DNA of 64,000 bases from Chthoniobacteraceae bacterium (lineage in GTDB: Bacteria > Verrucomicrobiota > Verrucomicrobiia > Chthoniobacterales > Chthoniobacteraceae). The stretch spans positions 542,566 through 606,565 of the forward strand of contig JAQGOL010000030.1 in the NCBI GenBank assembly GCA_028293625.1. Reading direction: 5' to 3'. Below the pieces are notes generated by a model. It was not told the origin of the DNA. It did not search any database and saw only the letters and a program-made list of their open reading frames with translations. This document shows, piece by piece, positions 24,125-31,986 of this stretch (position 1 is the stretch's first letter; each line of letters begins with the position of its first letter). A program made the translations under genes and the position numbers.

Positions 24125-27100
24125 ATGCCTGAAATCCCCCGCTCAGAACGCAAGACGCAGAATCGCGTTATCGCGCTCTTCACAGACAAAGCCCGGCCGG
24201 ATTGCCTGGGTTACGAGTACCTCGGCGAATGGAACAAGCGAAGCAACAACCGATGCATCGAGTCGGACTTGCTCCGCGCGAATTTGAAGCGGCGCCGCTA
24301 CTCTGAGGCGCACATTTCCGCTGCCCTGCAAAAGTTGATGGCTGCCGCAGACGACACCGGCATCACCTTATATCAGGCCAACCTGCGCACCTACCAATTG
24401 CTACGATACGGCGTGTCAGTGCAGATCGCTGCCGGACAGCCGCACGACACGGTGCATCTGGTGGAATGGGAACAGCCGGAGACGAACGACTTCGCCCTCG
24501 CCGAAGAAGTCACCCTGCGCGGAGGCTACGAGCGGCGCCCCGACCTCGTCCTTTACCTGAACGGCATCGCCATCGGCGTCATCGAGCTAAAGCGCAGTTC
24601 GGCGGAGATCGGAGATGGTGTGCGTCAGCTCATCACCAACCAGGAGGAGATCTTTAACAAGGGATTTTTTGCCACGGTACAATTGGTCTTCGCAGGCAGT
24701 GATTCGCAGGGGTTGCGCTACGGTACGGTGACCACGAAAGAGGAGTTCTTCGTGGATTGGAAGACAACGAGCACGGCCGCACTCACAGCTGGCGCGTTGC
24801 TCGACCGGCCGCTGGCCGAGATGTGCGAGAAGTCCCGTCTTCTTGATTTGATCCGCAACTTCATCATCTTCGACAAAGGATACAAGAAGGTGCCGCGTCC
24901 GCATCAGTTCGCAGGCGTTAAGGCGGCGCAGGAGCGCATCCGAATCCGCGAGGGCGGCGTGATCTGGCACACGCAGGGCAGCGGCAAGAGCATCCTGATG
25001 GTACTTCTGGCAAAGTGGCTGCTGGAACACGATCCCGAAGCCCGTATACTTGTTGTCACCGACCGCGACGAGCTGGACAAGCAAATCGAGGGCGTAATGA
25101 AGAACGCCGGGGTTATTGGCGAGAATTCGCCTTCGCCCCGCATCCTGAACAGGGCGGAGTTTGTTGCCAAGCTCGGTGCCACTGCGCCCCGGCTGCTCTG
25201 CGCGCTCCTGCACAAATTTGATCCCGCCGACCTCAGAGGCGAGCCGCCGCCTGTACATGGTCGCTTTTACGTCTTTGTGGATGAATGCCACCGCACCCAG
25301 GGCGGCGACATGAACAAGCAGATGAAGCGCTGGCTGGAGCACGCATTGTTCATCGGCTTCACCGGCACGCCGCTGCTGAAAAAGGACGCGGCCAAGCTGA
25401 GGACGCAGGACATATTCGGCACCTACATCCACACCTACAAATTCCACGAAGCCGTAGCGGACAAGGTGGTGCTCGATTTGAAATACGAGGCCCGCGACGT
25501 GCCGCAGCGCCTCACCTCGCCGAAAGCCATCGAAGACTATTTTGCGAGGAAAACCAAAACGCTGAACAAATTCCAGAAAGCCCTTATCCGCAGTCGGTGG
25601 GCGACGATGGAGGAATTGATGAGTGCTGAAGAGCGCAAGGCACGTATCGCGGCCAGCATCATTCACGATTTTGACACGAAGCCGCGCCTGAACGACGATC
25701 GGGGCACCGCCATTCTTGTGGCTGCGAGCATCTACGACGCTTGCCACTATTACCGCATCTTCCAAGGCAAATCCTTCGGCGAGTATTGCGGCGTTATCAC
25801 CTCTTTCGAGCCGAACCACAACGCTATCTCTCGCGAACCTGCCAACAGCGACGCGCGCTACAAATTCGACACCTACACGAAGCACATCCTGAAGAACGGC
25901 CAAACGACCAAAGCTTACGAGGACGAGACCAAGCGCCGTTTCATTGAGGAACCGGCCAACCTCAAGCTGCTGATTGTGGTGAGCAAGCTCCTAACCGGCT
26001 TCGACGCGCCAAGCTGCTCCTACATCTACCTCGATAACGAACTCCACGACCACAACCTCTTCCAAGCCATTTGCCGTACCAACCGGCTCGATGGGGACGA
26101 CAAGGACTACGGCTACATCGTGGATTTCAAGAAGTTGTTTGATGACGTGCAGGAGGCCATTGCCGTCTACAGCTCCGATGAGCTGGATACCAATCAGGGC
26201 AACGGTGGCTCCAACAACGTCGAGCTGAAGGACTGGCTCACGGAAGGAAAGAAACAACTCGATGCCACGCGAGAGGCGCTCCGCTACCTGTGCGAGCCGG
26301 TGCCGCTGCCGCGTGAGATGGAGCAATTCCTGCATTACTTCTGCGGCGACGCGGCCAATCCCCAATCGTTGGCGGACACGGAGCCCTTGCGCATTTCGTT
26401 CTACAAATCCGTGGCCACCTTCGTGCGCGCCTACGCCGGCCTCGCGCAAGACTTCACCGCAGCCGGGTACACCGATGCCGAAGCAGCTGCGTTGCAGAAG
26501 GATGTCGATTTCTACAGCGAAGTCCGCTCAGCTATCAAAAAGCACTCCGGCGAGGAACTTGATATCAAGCCCTACGAAGCCGATATGCGGCGTCTGCTCA
26601 ACACTTACGTCCAGGCCGATCCGGCAGCGGACGTGGGCAACCTTAATTCGCTCTCCCTTACAGAGCTGATCATCGAGACCGGGATTCACGATGCCATTGC
26701 CCGAAAGCTGAATGCAAAGGGCAAGCTCTCGAAGAACGCTGTTGCTGAGGCTATCATCAACAACGTCCGTAAGACCATCATCCGCGACCAGCTCACCGAC
26801 CCGAGGTTCTACGCGGAGATGTCGAAGCTTTTGGAGGATCTTATCAAGCAAAGCCGTGTCGATGCCGCCGCCTACGAAGTTTTCCTAAAGAACGCGGAGG
26901 AACTTGTGAAGCGAATGGCAGGGAAGGATGCCGTGGCCGACGTGCCTGCGATCCTTCACGGCAAACCGGAGGCCATCGTAATTTACAACAACTTGTTCGA
27001 CATCCTTGCAAGCGGAAGATCCGTGCTTTGTGAGGAAAGCTCTCTGGAAATTGAAGAGCGGGCGCAACTGGCCTTGCGAATCGACCAAGCCATGCGCGAG

Positions 27101-27235
27101 CACGCGCCTGCGGGCTGGAAAGGAGATGACACACGAGAGAAGCAGGTCTTGAACGCGCTCTTTCCCATCATGTCGAGGGACCGTAAGGCAACGCAGGCCA
27201 TTTTCGAGATCATCAAGAACCAAGCCGGCTACTGA
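24125..27235 (+). CDS. hsdR: Type I restriction endonuclease subunit R
   Basis: Nuclease motif [20 protein letters not shown], helicase motifs HTQGSGKS (Walker A) and [10 protein letters not shown] (DEAH), FTGTP. 1036 aa. Confidence 0.95.
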   Translation: MPEIPRSERKTQNRVIALFTDKARPDCLGYEYLGEWNKRSNNRCIESDLLRANLKRRRYSEAHISAALQKLMAAADDTGITLYQANLRTYQLLRYGVSVQIAAGQPHDTVHLVEWEQPETNDFALAEEVTLRGGYERRPDLVLYLNGIAIGVIELKRSSAEIGDGVRQLITNQEEIFNKGFFATVQLVFAGSDSQGLRYGTVTTKEEFFVDWKTTSTAALTAGALLDRPLAEMCEKSRLLDLIRNFIIFDKGYKKVPRPHQFAGVKAAQERIRIREGGVIWHTQGSGKSILMVLLAKWLLEHDPEARILVVTDRDELDKQIEGVMKNAGVIGENSPSPRILNRAEFVAKLGATAPRLLCALLHKFDPADLRGEPPPVHGRFYVFVDECHRTQGGDMNKQMKRWLEHALFIGFTGTPLLKKDAAKLRTQDIFGTYIHTYKFHEAVADKVVLDLKYEARDVPQRLTSPKAIEDYFARKTKTLNKFQKALIRSRWATMEELMSAEERKARIAASIIHDFDTKPRLNDDRGTAILVAASIYDACHYYRIFQGKSFGEYCGVITSFEPNHNAISREPANSDARYKFDTYTKHILKNGQTTKAYEDETKRRFIEEPANLKLLIVVSKLLTGFDAPSCSYIYLDNELHDHNLFQAICRTNRLDGDDKDYGYIVDFKKLFDDVQEAIAVYSSDELDTNQGNGGSNNVELKDWLTEGKKQLDATREALRYLCEPVPLPREMEQFLHYFCGDAANPQSLADTEPLRISFYKSVATFVRAYAGLAQDFTAAGYTDAEAAALQKDVDFYSEVRSAIKKHSGEELDIKPYEADMRRLLNTYVQADPAADVGNLNSLSLTELIIETGIHDAIARKLNAKGKLSKNAVAEAIINNVRKTIIRDQLTDPRFYAEMSKLLEDLIKQSRVDAAAYEVFLKNAEELVKRMAGKDAVADVPAILHGKPEAIVIYNNLFDILASGRSVLCEESSLEIEERAQLALRIDQAMREHAPAGWKGDDTREKQVLNALFPIMSRDRKATQAIFEIIKNQAGY

Positions 27236-27951
27236 TGTCCGAGACGATCCAGATTGGGGATCTCACAATTCAGGTGACCAAAAAGGCCATCAAGAACGTC
27301 CATCTGTCCGTCCACCCGCCCGATGGTCACGTCACCCTGGCCGCCCCGAACGCTACCCGTCTCGATGTCGCCCGTGCCTATGCCATTTCCCGGCTCGGGT
27401 GGATTCGCCAGCAGCAGGAGAAACTGAAGGGCCAGGCGCGGGAAACGCCACGTCAATTCATTGAGCGCGAGAGCCATTACGTCTGGGGACGGCGTCACCT
27501 GTTAACCATTATCCACCAAGACACCAAGCCGTTCGTTTCGATCGACCACAAACGCATTATCCTGACCGTCCGGTCCGGCAGCGACAAGGCTTTGCGTGAG
27601 AAGGTCATTCATGAATGGCATAAGTCGATCCTTCACGGAGCTGTTCCTCCGCTGATCGAAAAATGGGAGGCGAAGCTGAAGGTGAAGGTTGCCGGCTATT
27701 TCCTGCAACGTATGAAGACCAAGTGGGGAAGCTGCAATCACGCCCGTGGCCATATCCGCCTCAATACGGAGCTGGTGAAGAAACCAAGGGATCTCCTGGA
27801 GTATGTCGTCGTCCACGAAATGGCGCATCTCATTGAACCCACGCACCAGGACCGGTTTGTCGCGATTCTTGATCAGCATTACCCGACGTGGCGCGAGGCC
27901 CGTGCGGAACTCAACGAGCTGCCGCTGACCGCGGAAGCGTGGAAGAAATGA
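27235..27951 (+). CDS. M48-family/YgjP-like (DUF45) zinc metallopeptidase
   Basis: KWGSCNHARGHIRLNTELVKKPRDLLEYVVVHEMAHLIEPTH (HExxH in the YgjP/DUF45 context). Its ATG overlaps the hsdR stop (TGATG at 27233-27237). Confidence 0.85.
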   Translation: MSETIQIGDLTIQVTKKAIKNVHLSVHPPDGHVTLAAPNATRLDVARAYAISRLGWIRQQQEKLKGQARETPRQFIERESHYVWGRRHLLTIIHQDTKPFVSIDHKRIILTVRSGSDKALREKVIHEWHKSILHGAVPPLIEKWEAKLKVKVAGYFLQRMKTKWGSCNHARGHIRLNTELVKKPRDLLEYVVVHEMAHLIEPTHQDRFVAILDQHYPTWREARAELNELPLTAEAWKK

Positions 27952-28007
27952 GTCCTTTGCGAGGGTCCATCAAGGCCTCCAGCGCTGTTCTTCAGAAATA
28001 CGTTATT

Positions 28008-28226
28008 TCAGGCAGCATGGAGCGGCCGAAAGGCAGCCATTTTTCGTACCAACACAGGATATTCGTGTCGAGCAGCCTGTATCTCGGGAACATCCTTAGG
28101 GGGCATTCGCTTCACGTAAACGAAAATGCAATCTTGTCCCTGATCACGCCCCACCCCAATGGATGCAAGCCAAGAAGCGCCTTGGAGGGCCTTCTTCAGA
28201 GAGATAGCTGCATCCTTAACATTCAT
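28008..28226 (-). CDS. small protein (72 aa) translationally coupled to the S1 protease and resembling its N-terminal domain
   Basis: ATG 28226 overlaps the protease stop (ATGA, 28223-28226). SWLASIGVGRDQGQDCIFVYVKRMPPKDVPEIQAARHEYPVLVRKMAAFRP parallels GLAVQTVACSSGEKGPKVHIYLTRSSKKLEKTLPKEIDGVPIVLARMGRIVVIP in the protease (alignment by eye). Confidence 0.5.
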   Translation of the reverse strand: MNVKDAAISLKKALQGASWLASIGVGRDQGQDCIFVYVKRMPPKDVPEIQAARHEYPVLVRKMAAFRPLHAA

Positions 28227-29413
28227 ACGTTGTGCTCCGACACCAATTCTACTCCTCCAAAAAGAGTTTGCACGTAATTCATAGGAATCATTATCCCATA
28301 ATCGCCGGCCGCCGCAAAAATGAGCCCCAGCGCGACGGTTCCATCCTCGCTCACCACGAGGCTGCCAGAATCGCCGGCAATTGCAAACGGGCCCGCGTCG
28401 CCGCGAACGGTCCAAACTTCAGTGAACCATGCAGTGGCGTTGAAAAAGCGGCATTTGTACGGAAGTGGTGTGTTGTCGATCGTCATCGCCTCTATAGTCC
28501 CCGTCGTCAAACCTGTAGTCCGACCGAATTTCTTTACCCTCATTCCGCTAACGGGATCTGCAATAGTAGATGGCGTATCGTAGCCATGATCTTCATCCCC
28601 TTGCCATGAAGTGACCATATTTGTATCCACGACTCTCCCTAGAGCTGCGTCAGCGCGATTTACAGGTACGAGTTCTGGAACACCACTACGAAGCTCTATG
28701 ATTTCAGCATGACGAGCAATTTGCCGAGGCGCAGCGATGTACGGGCCTGCATCGCGGGTAGCGGGCGCGAGAATCGGTTGACCAACAGCAACGTGATTAC
28801 ATGCCGCAATAACATGGTTGTTAGAAAGGCAGAATATCCCTCCGGCCACTGACTTACGAACCAGGGCTCCAAACGTCCCAGCATATGCCTCCCCTGCTGG
28901 CGCACATGAGCTGCCGCAAGCGACGCGGCCACCATGTTCGAAGAAATTTGCACTCCCGAGCTTACCTGGGATCACGACAATTCGGCCCATGCGGGCGAGG
29001 ACGATCGGCACGCCATCGATCTCTTTTGGCAAAGTTTTCTCCAGCTTTTTTGACGAGCGAGTAAGGTAGATGTGCACCTTTGGACCTTTCTCGCCACTTG
29101 AGCATGCAACAGTTTGGACGGCCAAGCCTGCAAACGCAGGCTCCTCGCGGACAGTCGCTTCCACATCGTTATCTTCAGCGCCGGCTGGAACGAGATGAGG
29201 TTTATAACCAGCGAACCCCGCTAAAGCCGTATAGCAGCCTTGTTCATAAAAAAATTGGGCTAACGATCGCGCCACCGACACTACTTTGCTTGTGGCATCC
29301 TCCATGCCAGCCTCCCACTGAATTGCCTCAACTTGGCTTTTTTCGGTTTCTGCCTCGACTTGCTGCGCTTCGCTGTTTTTTAATTTCTGTTCAAGCTCCA
29401 TCTCTTCGCTCAT
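28223..29413 (-). CDS. cytoplasmic chymotrypsin-fold (S1, Nal1-like) serine protease with N-terminal coiled coil
   Basis: Catalytic-triad contexts FCLSNNHVIA (His), NRADAALGRV (Asp) and AIAGDSGSLVV (Ser). No signal peptide; acidic coiled-coil N-terminus MSEEMELEQKLKNSEAQQVEAETEK. ATG 29413 preferred over the track TTG 29449. Confidence 0.75.
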   Translation of the reverse strand: MSEEMELEQKLKNSEAQQVEAETEKSQVEAIQWEAGMEDATSKVVSVARSLAQFFYEQGCYTALAGFAGYKPHLVPAGAEDNDVEATVREEPAFAGLAVQTVACSSGEKGPKVHIYLTRSSKKLEKTLPKEIDGVPIVLARMGRIVVIPGKLGSANFFEHGGRVACGSSCAPAGEAYAGTFGALVRKSVAGGIFCLSNNHVIAACNHVAVGQPILAPATRDAGPYIAAPRQIARHAEIIELRSGVPELVPVNRADAALGRVVDTNMVTSWQGDEDHGYDTPSTIADPVSGMRVKKFGRTTGLTTGTIEAMTIDNTPLPYKCRFFNATAWFTEVWTVRGDAGPFAIAGDSGSLVVSEDGTVALGLIFAAAGDYGIMIPMNYVQTLFGGVELVSEHNV

Positions 29414-29513
29414 CAGCCGATAGTGAGTAGAATTAAGAGCGATACGCAAGCGCGATCACTGCAGTAATAAACCGTGGCTATGGTATTGAATTTTGGTGAA
29501 GCAAGCCGCTCGA

Positions 29514-29540
29514 AGGACATGAATCATATACGGACATGAA
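29514..29540. repeat. 10-bp perfect direct repeat GGACATGAAT x2 (17-bp period) upstream of the protease gene
   Basis: Copies at 29514-29523 and 29531-29540, about 100-130 nt upstream (minus sense) of the protease start. Confidence 0.6.
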
Positions 29541-29695
29541 TAATCGACCATACAACAGCCGCGCGTTCAGCATTCTTTGAAATAATGAAACATGCTGTGA
29601 ATCGCCCTGGGCCTATGCGCTGTTCGATGACGGATTGGACACATTGCATTTCCTTCCAGAAGTTGTCTCGGAAATCTCTGAGCTTTCATGAGCCT

Positions 29696-29913
29696 GAGAT
29701 AGAGCGCCCACGGGCGCACATTAAATGCACCATCCCGCAGCTTCCAGAAAGCCCCAACTCATCAGGGCTTTCCTCTCAGATACGGTTCCACCGACACGCA
29801 TGACACGGACGACCTCCGAGAGAAACCAGCAGCGTTGTTATGCGTATTTGTTATGCATTCCGCTCCAGACGAGGAGCGAAGATTTGTAAGTCACACAGTC
29901 CAGGCCACTTCTG
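29696..29913. repeat. island tRNA-proximal end, imperfectly repeated at 4021-4233
   Basis: See 4021-4233. Contains the palindrome GCGCC-CACG-GGCGC-ACATTAAA (29704-29725) and TTGTTATGC(G/A) x2 (29835-29857). Confidence 0.7.
29835..29857 (+). promoter_or_regulatory. direct repeats TTGTTATGC(G/A) x2 (putative arm-type integrase sites, tRNA-proximal arm)
   Basis: Copies at 29835-29844 and 29848-29857. Same TGTTATGC core and orientation as 4341-4362 at the other island end. Confidence 0.4.
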
Positions 29914-29950
29914 AGAGAAGTGACCCTAACGGGATTCGAACCCGTGTTAC
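29914..29950. repeat. 37-bp direct repeat (att core, tRNA copy)
   Basis: Identical to 4234-4270. Overlaps the 3' 30 nt of tRNA-Glu. Confidence 0.9.
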
Positions 29951-29993
29951 TCCCGTGAAAGGGGAGTGTCCTAGGCCACTGGACGATAGGGTC
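29921..29993 (-). tRNA. tRNA-Glu: tRNA-Glu (anticodon UUC), 73 nt, CCA not encoded
   Basis: Minus strand GACCCTA TC GTCC AGTGGCCTA GGAC A CTCCC CTTTCAC GGGAG TAAC ACGGG TTCGAAT CCCGT TAGGGTC A. All four stems pair perfectly, with a TTCGAAT T-loop and anticodon TTC. Confidence 0.93.
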
Positions 29994-30012
29994 GTTTGGT
30001 AACGAGCGGGCG

Positions 30013-30041
30013 ACTATGCGGAAGAGAGACTCCGACTGCAA
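30013..30041 (-). promoter_or_regulatory. candidate sigma70-type promoter for tRNA-Glu
   Basis: Minus strand TTGCAG-17 nt-CATAGT, with the -10 element ending about 19 nt upstream of the tRNA 5' end. A weak consensus match only. Confidence 0.25.
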
Positions 30042-30075
30042 GCGGTTTCTCATCAAAAATTCATCAAAAATGAAT

Positions 30076-31413
30076 TCAGCGGCTCAGGAGCAGCGTTGCG
30101 GTGCGTTCAAGGGAACCGCGATGAACGGAAAGGGCGGCAATCGCACTGGTTTGAAGACGCTCTCGCCGAGCGGGATCGAGCAGGAGTGAGCGGAGTTGGA
30201 CCTCGAGGTCCACCGGATTGAAGACCTGCACGGCAGCGTCCCGGTCGAGCAGGAGCTGCACGACCGGAGCGAAATTCTCCATGTGCGGGCCGAATACGAC
30301 CGGCTTGCCAAGCGCGGCGGGTTCAGCTGGGTTTTGGCCGCCGGTATCAGAAATGCCGGGCAGGCTTTTTCCCACAAAAACGACAGTAGCGAGCGCATAC
30401 CAATCGCGTAGTTCGCCCGTGGTATCGACAAGGAGGACGTCGCACGGTTCGGCGTTTGGAAGCGGCAACGCCGTGCGACGCTGGATGCGCAGAGAAGCAG
30501 GCGCGCCCATCCGACTGGCATACAGCGAGGGAACACGTTCGACGTGGCGGGGAACCAGGATCAGGAAAAGATCGGGGATTTCGCGGCGCAACTCGGTGAA
30601 AATTTTCAGGATCGTTTCCTCCTCGGGCTCCCAGGTGCTCCCCGCCATGAGGATCGGCGTCGAATCGGTCACGCCCAAAGGCGCGAGCAATGCACGAAAC
30701 TCCGAAGACCGCGTGCCGGAGACTGAATCCGGCATGTCAAACTTCAGGCTGCCGGTATGGTGAAGACTTTCAGGGGCGGCTCCGAGGCTGATCCAACGGG
30801 CGATGTCGTCCTGCTCCGGGACACAGATCTGATCAAGCAGAGCGAATATCGGCCCCGTCCACGTGCGGAACCGGCGAAACCGTCGTTCGCTTCGAGGCGA
30901 GAGCCGCGCATTCACCAGCGCTGTAGGGATACCGCGTCTCCGGCATTCGGCGACAAGATTGGGCCACGCTTCGCCTTCGATAAAAACAACCCGGTCCGGC
31001 CGCAGCGTATCGAGCGCTTCCGAAGTGATGGAACGCAGGTCGAGCGGGTTGTAGAGCACTACAAGCCATTCTTCGCGGACCTGCAGCGCGACGGCAAATC
31101 CGGTGGAGGTGGTGACGGAAAGCACGACGCGCACGGAGCGATCCTGGCGATAGAGTTCGCGGGCGAGTTTTAGAGCCACCAAGGTTTCACCGACACTGAT
31201 GGAATGAATCCAGGTCCAGCCGCCGCGCTCAAGCAACTCGCGATCGGCCTCTTTATAAAGACCGAAGCGCTGGCCGAATTTATCGCGAAAATTGCCGCGC
31301 CTGAGCATCCGCCGGGCAAACCCTGGTAGGAGGGCGGCAAATACAATCGGAAAAAAGCAGTTATAGACAAAGAGAGAACGCCGCGCGGCGAACGGGAGCG
31401 AAACGGGGGGCAT
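30076..31413 (-). CDS. waaA: 3-deoxy-D-manno-octulosonic acid (Kdo) transferase
   Basis: N-terminal anchor and WTWIHSISVGETLVALKLAREL (the WiHa.SvGE motif). GT30-like C-terminal half. Confidence 0.85.
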   Translation of the reverse strand: MPPVSLPFAARRSLFVYNCFFPIVFAALLPGFARRMLRRGNFRDKFGQRFGLYKEADRELLERGGWTWIHSISVGETLVALKLARELYRQDRSVRVVLSVTTSTGFAVALQVREEWLVVLYNPLDLRSITSEALDTLRPDRVVFIEGEAWPNLVAECRRRGIPTALVNARLSPRSERRFRRFRTWTGPIFALLDQICVPEQDDIARWISLGAAPESLHHTGSLKFDMPDSVSGTRSSEFRALLAPLGVTDSTPILMAGSTWEPEEETILKIFTELRREIPDLFLILVPRHVERVPSLYASRMGAPASLRIQRRTALPLPNAEPCDVLLVDTTGELRDWYALATVVFVGKSLPGISDTGGQNPAEPAALGKPVVFGPHMENFAPVVQLLLDRDAAVQVFNPVDLEVQLRSLLLDPARRERLQTSAIAALSVHRGSLERTATLLLSR

Positions 31414-31434
31414 GCGACGGTCGGCCAGGCGTTG

Positions 31435-31986
31435 TTAAATGGGACGCAGCAAGGCGAGCTCGGTGGCACCGTAACGTTTCTGCCGCAAACATTCCCAGCA
31501 GCCGTGCAAATCGAGTTTTGCCCCCGGCTTATGCTCAAGCACAAAGATGCCCTCCGAAGCAATGGCACGCCGCAGCCCTTCATTTCCAAGCAGTTCAGCG
31601 GTAAAATCGCGATCCCCTGGCTGTTTGACGTAAGGCGGGTCAGCGATAATCAGATCAAAGGAGGCCGGGGTGGCGAGCCGGTCCAAAAAACCGAATACGT
31701 CCATTTCATGGACCGTGGCCTGAAGCCGCGTCTTGGCCAGGTTACGCCCGATGGTTTCAATAGCGCGCCTGTCACTTTCCACCAAGGTCGCAGAGCCCGC
31801 GCCACGGCTGAGCGCTTCAATGCCCAAACCGCCTGATCCCGCAAAAAGATCGAGCACACGAGCGTCTGAAATAAAATCACCGAGGCTTGAAAAGATGGCC
31901 CCCTTGACCATGTCCATGGTGGGGCGCAGATCAGATTTAGGGGTTTCCAAAGTCATTCCGCCTGCGGTTCCGGCTACTACTCTCAT
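31435..31986 (-). CDS. rsmD: 16S rRNA (guanine966-N2)-methyltransferase
   Basis: MRVVAGTAGGMTLETPKSDLRPTMDMVKGAIFSSLG, VLDLFAGSGGLGIEALSRGA, IIADPPY. The start overlaps the upstream gene's stop. Confidence 0.88.
   Translation of the reverse strand: MRVVAGTAGGMTLETPKSDLRPTMDMVKGAIFSSLGDFISDARVLDLFAGSGGLGIEALSRGAGSATLVESDRRAIETIGRNLAKTRLQATVHEMDVFGFLDRLATPASFDLIIADPPYVKQPGDRDFTAELLGNEGLRRAIASEGIFVLEHKPGAKLDLHGCWECLRQKRYGATELALLRPI

Larger units (their letters stand above)
4234..29950. mobile_element. tRNA-Glu-integrated genomic island (about 25.7 kb), satellite/integrative-element-like
   Basis: Bounded by 37-bp perfect direct repeats, one inside the intact tRNA-Glu. A tyrosine integrase sits just inside the distal repeat. 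Contents are excisionase, primase, helicase, R-M, pseudogenes and an IS remnant. Housekeeping genes resume right of the tRNA. Confidence 0.85.

Noticed and set aside
24587-25903. 438-aa ORF antisense to hsdR. Similar long antisense or overlapping ORFs occur at 18512-19042, 19430-19972, 20291-20740, 46612-47574, 47540-48835, 51380-52240, 52653-53498 and 54513-55904.
   Set aside because: Each lies entirely inside a gene with strong family signatures on the opposite strand. The translations are Arg/Gly/Ala/His-rich low-information sequence typical of shadow ORFs in GC-rich DNA.
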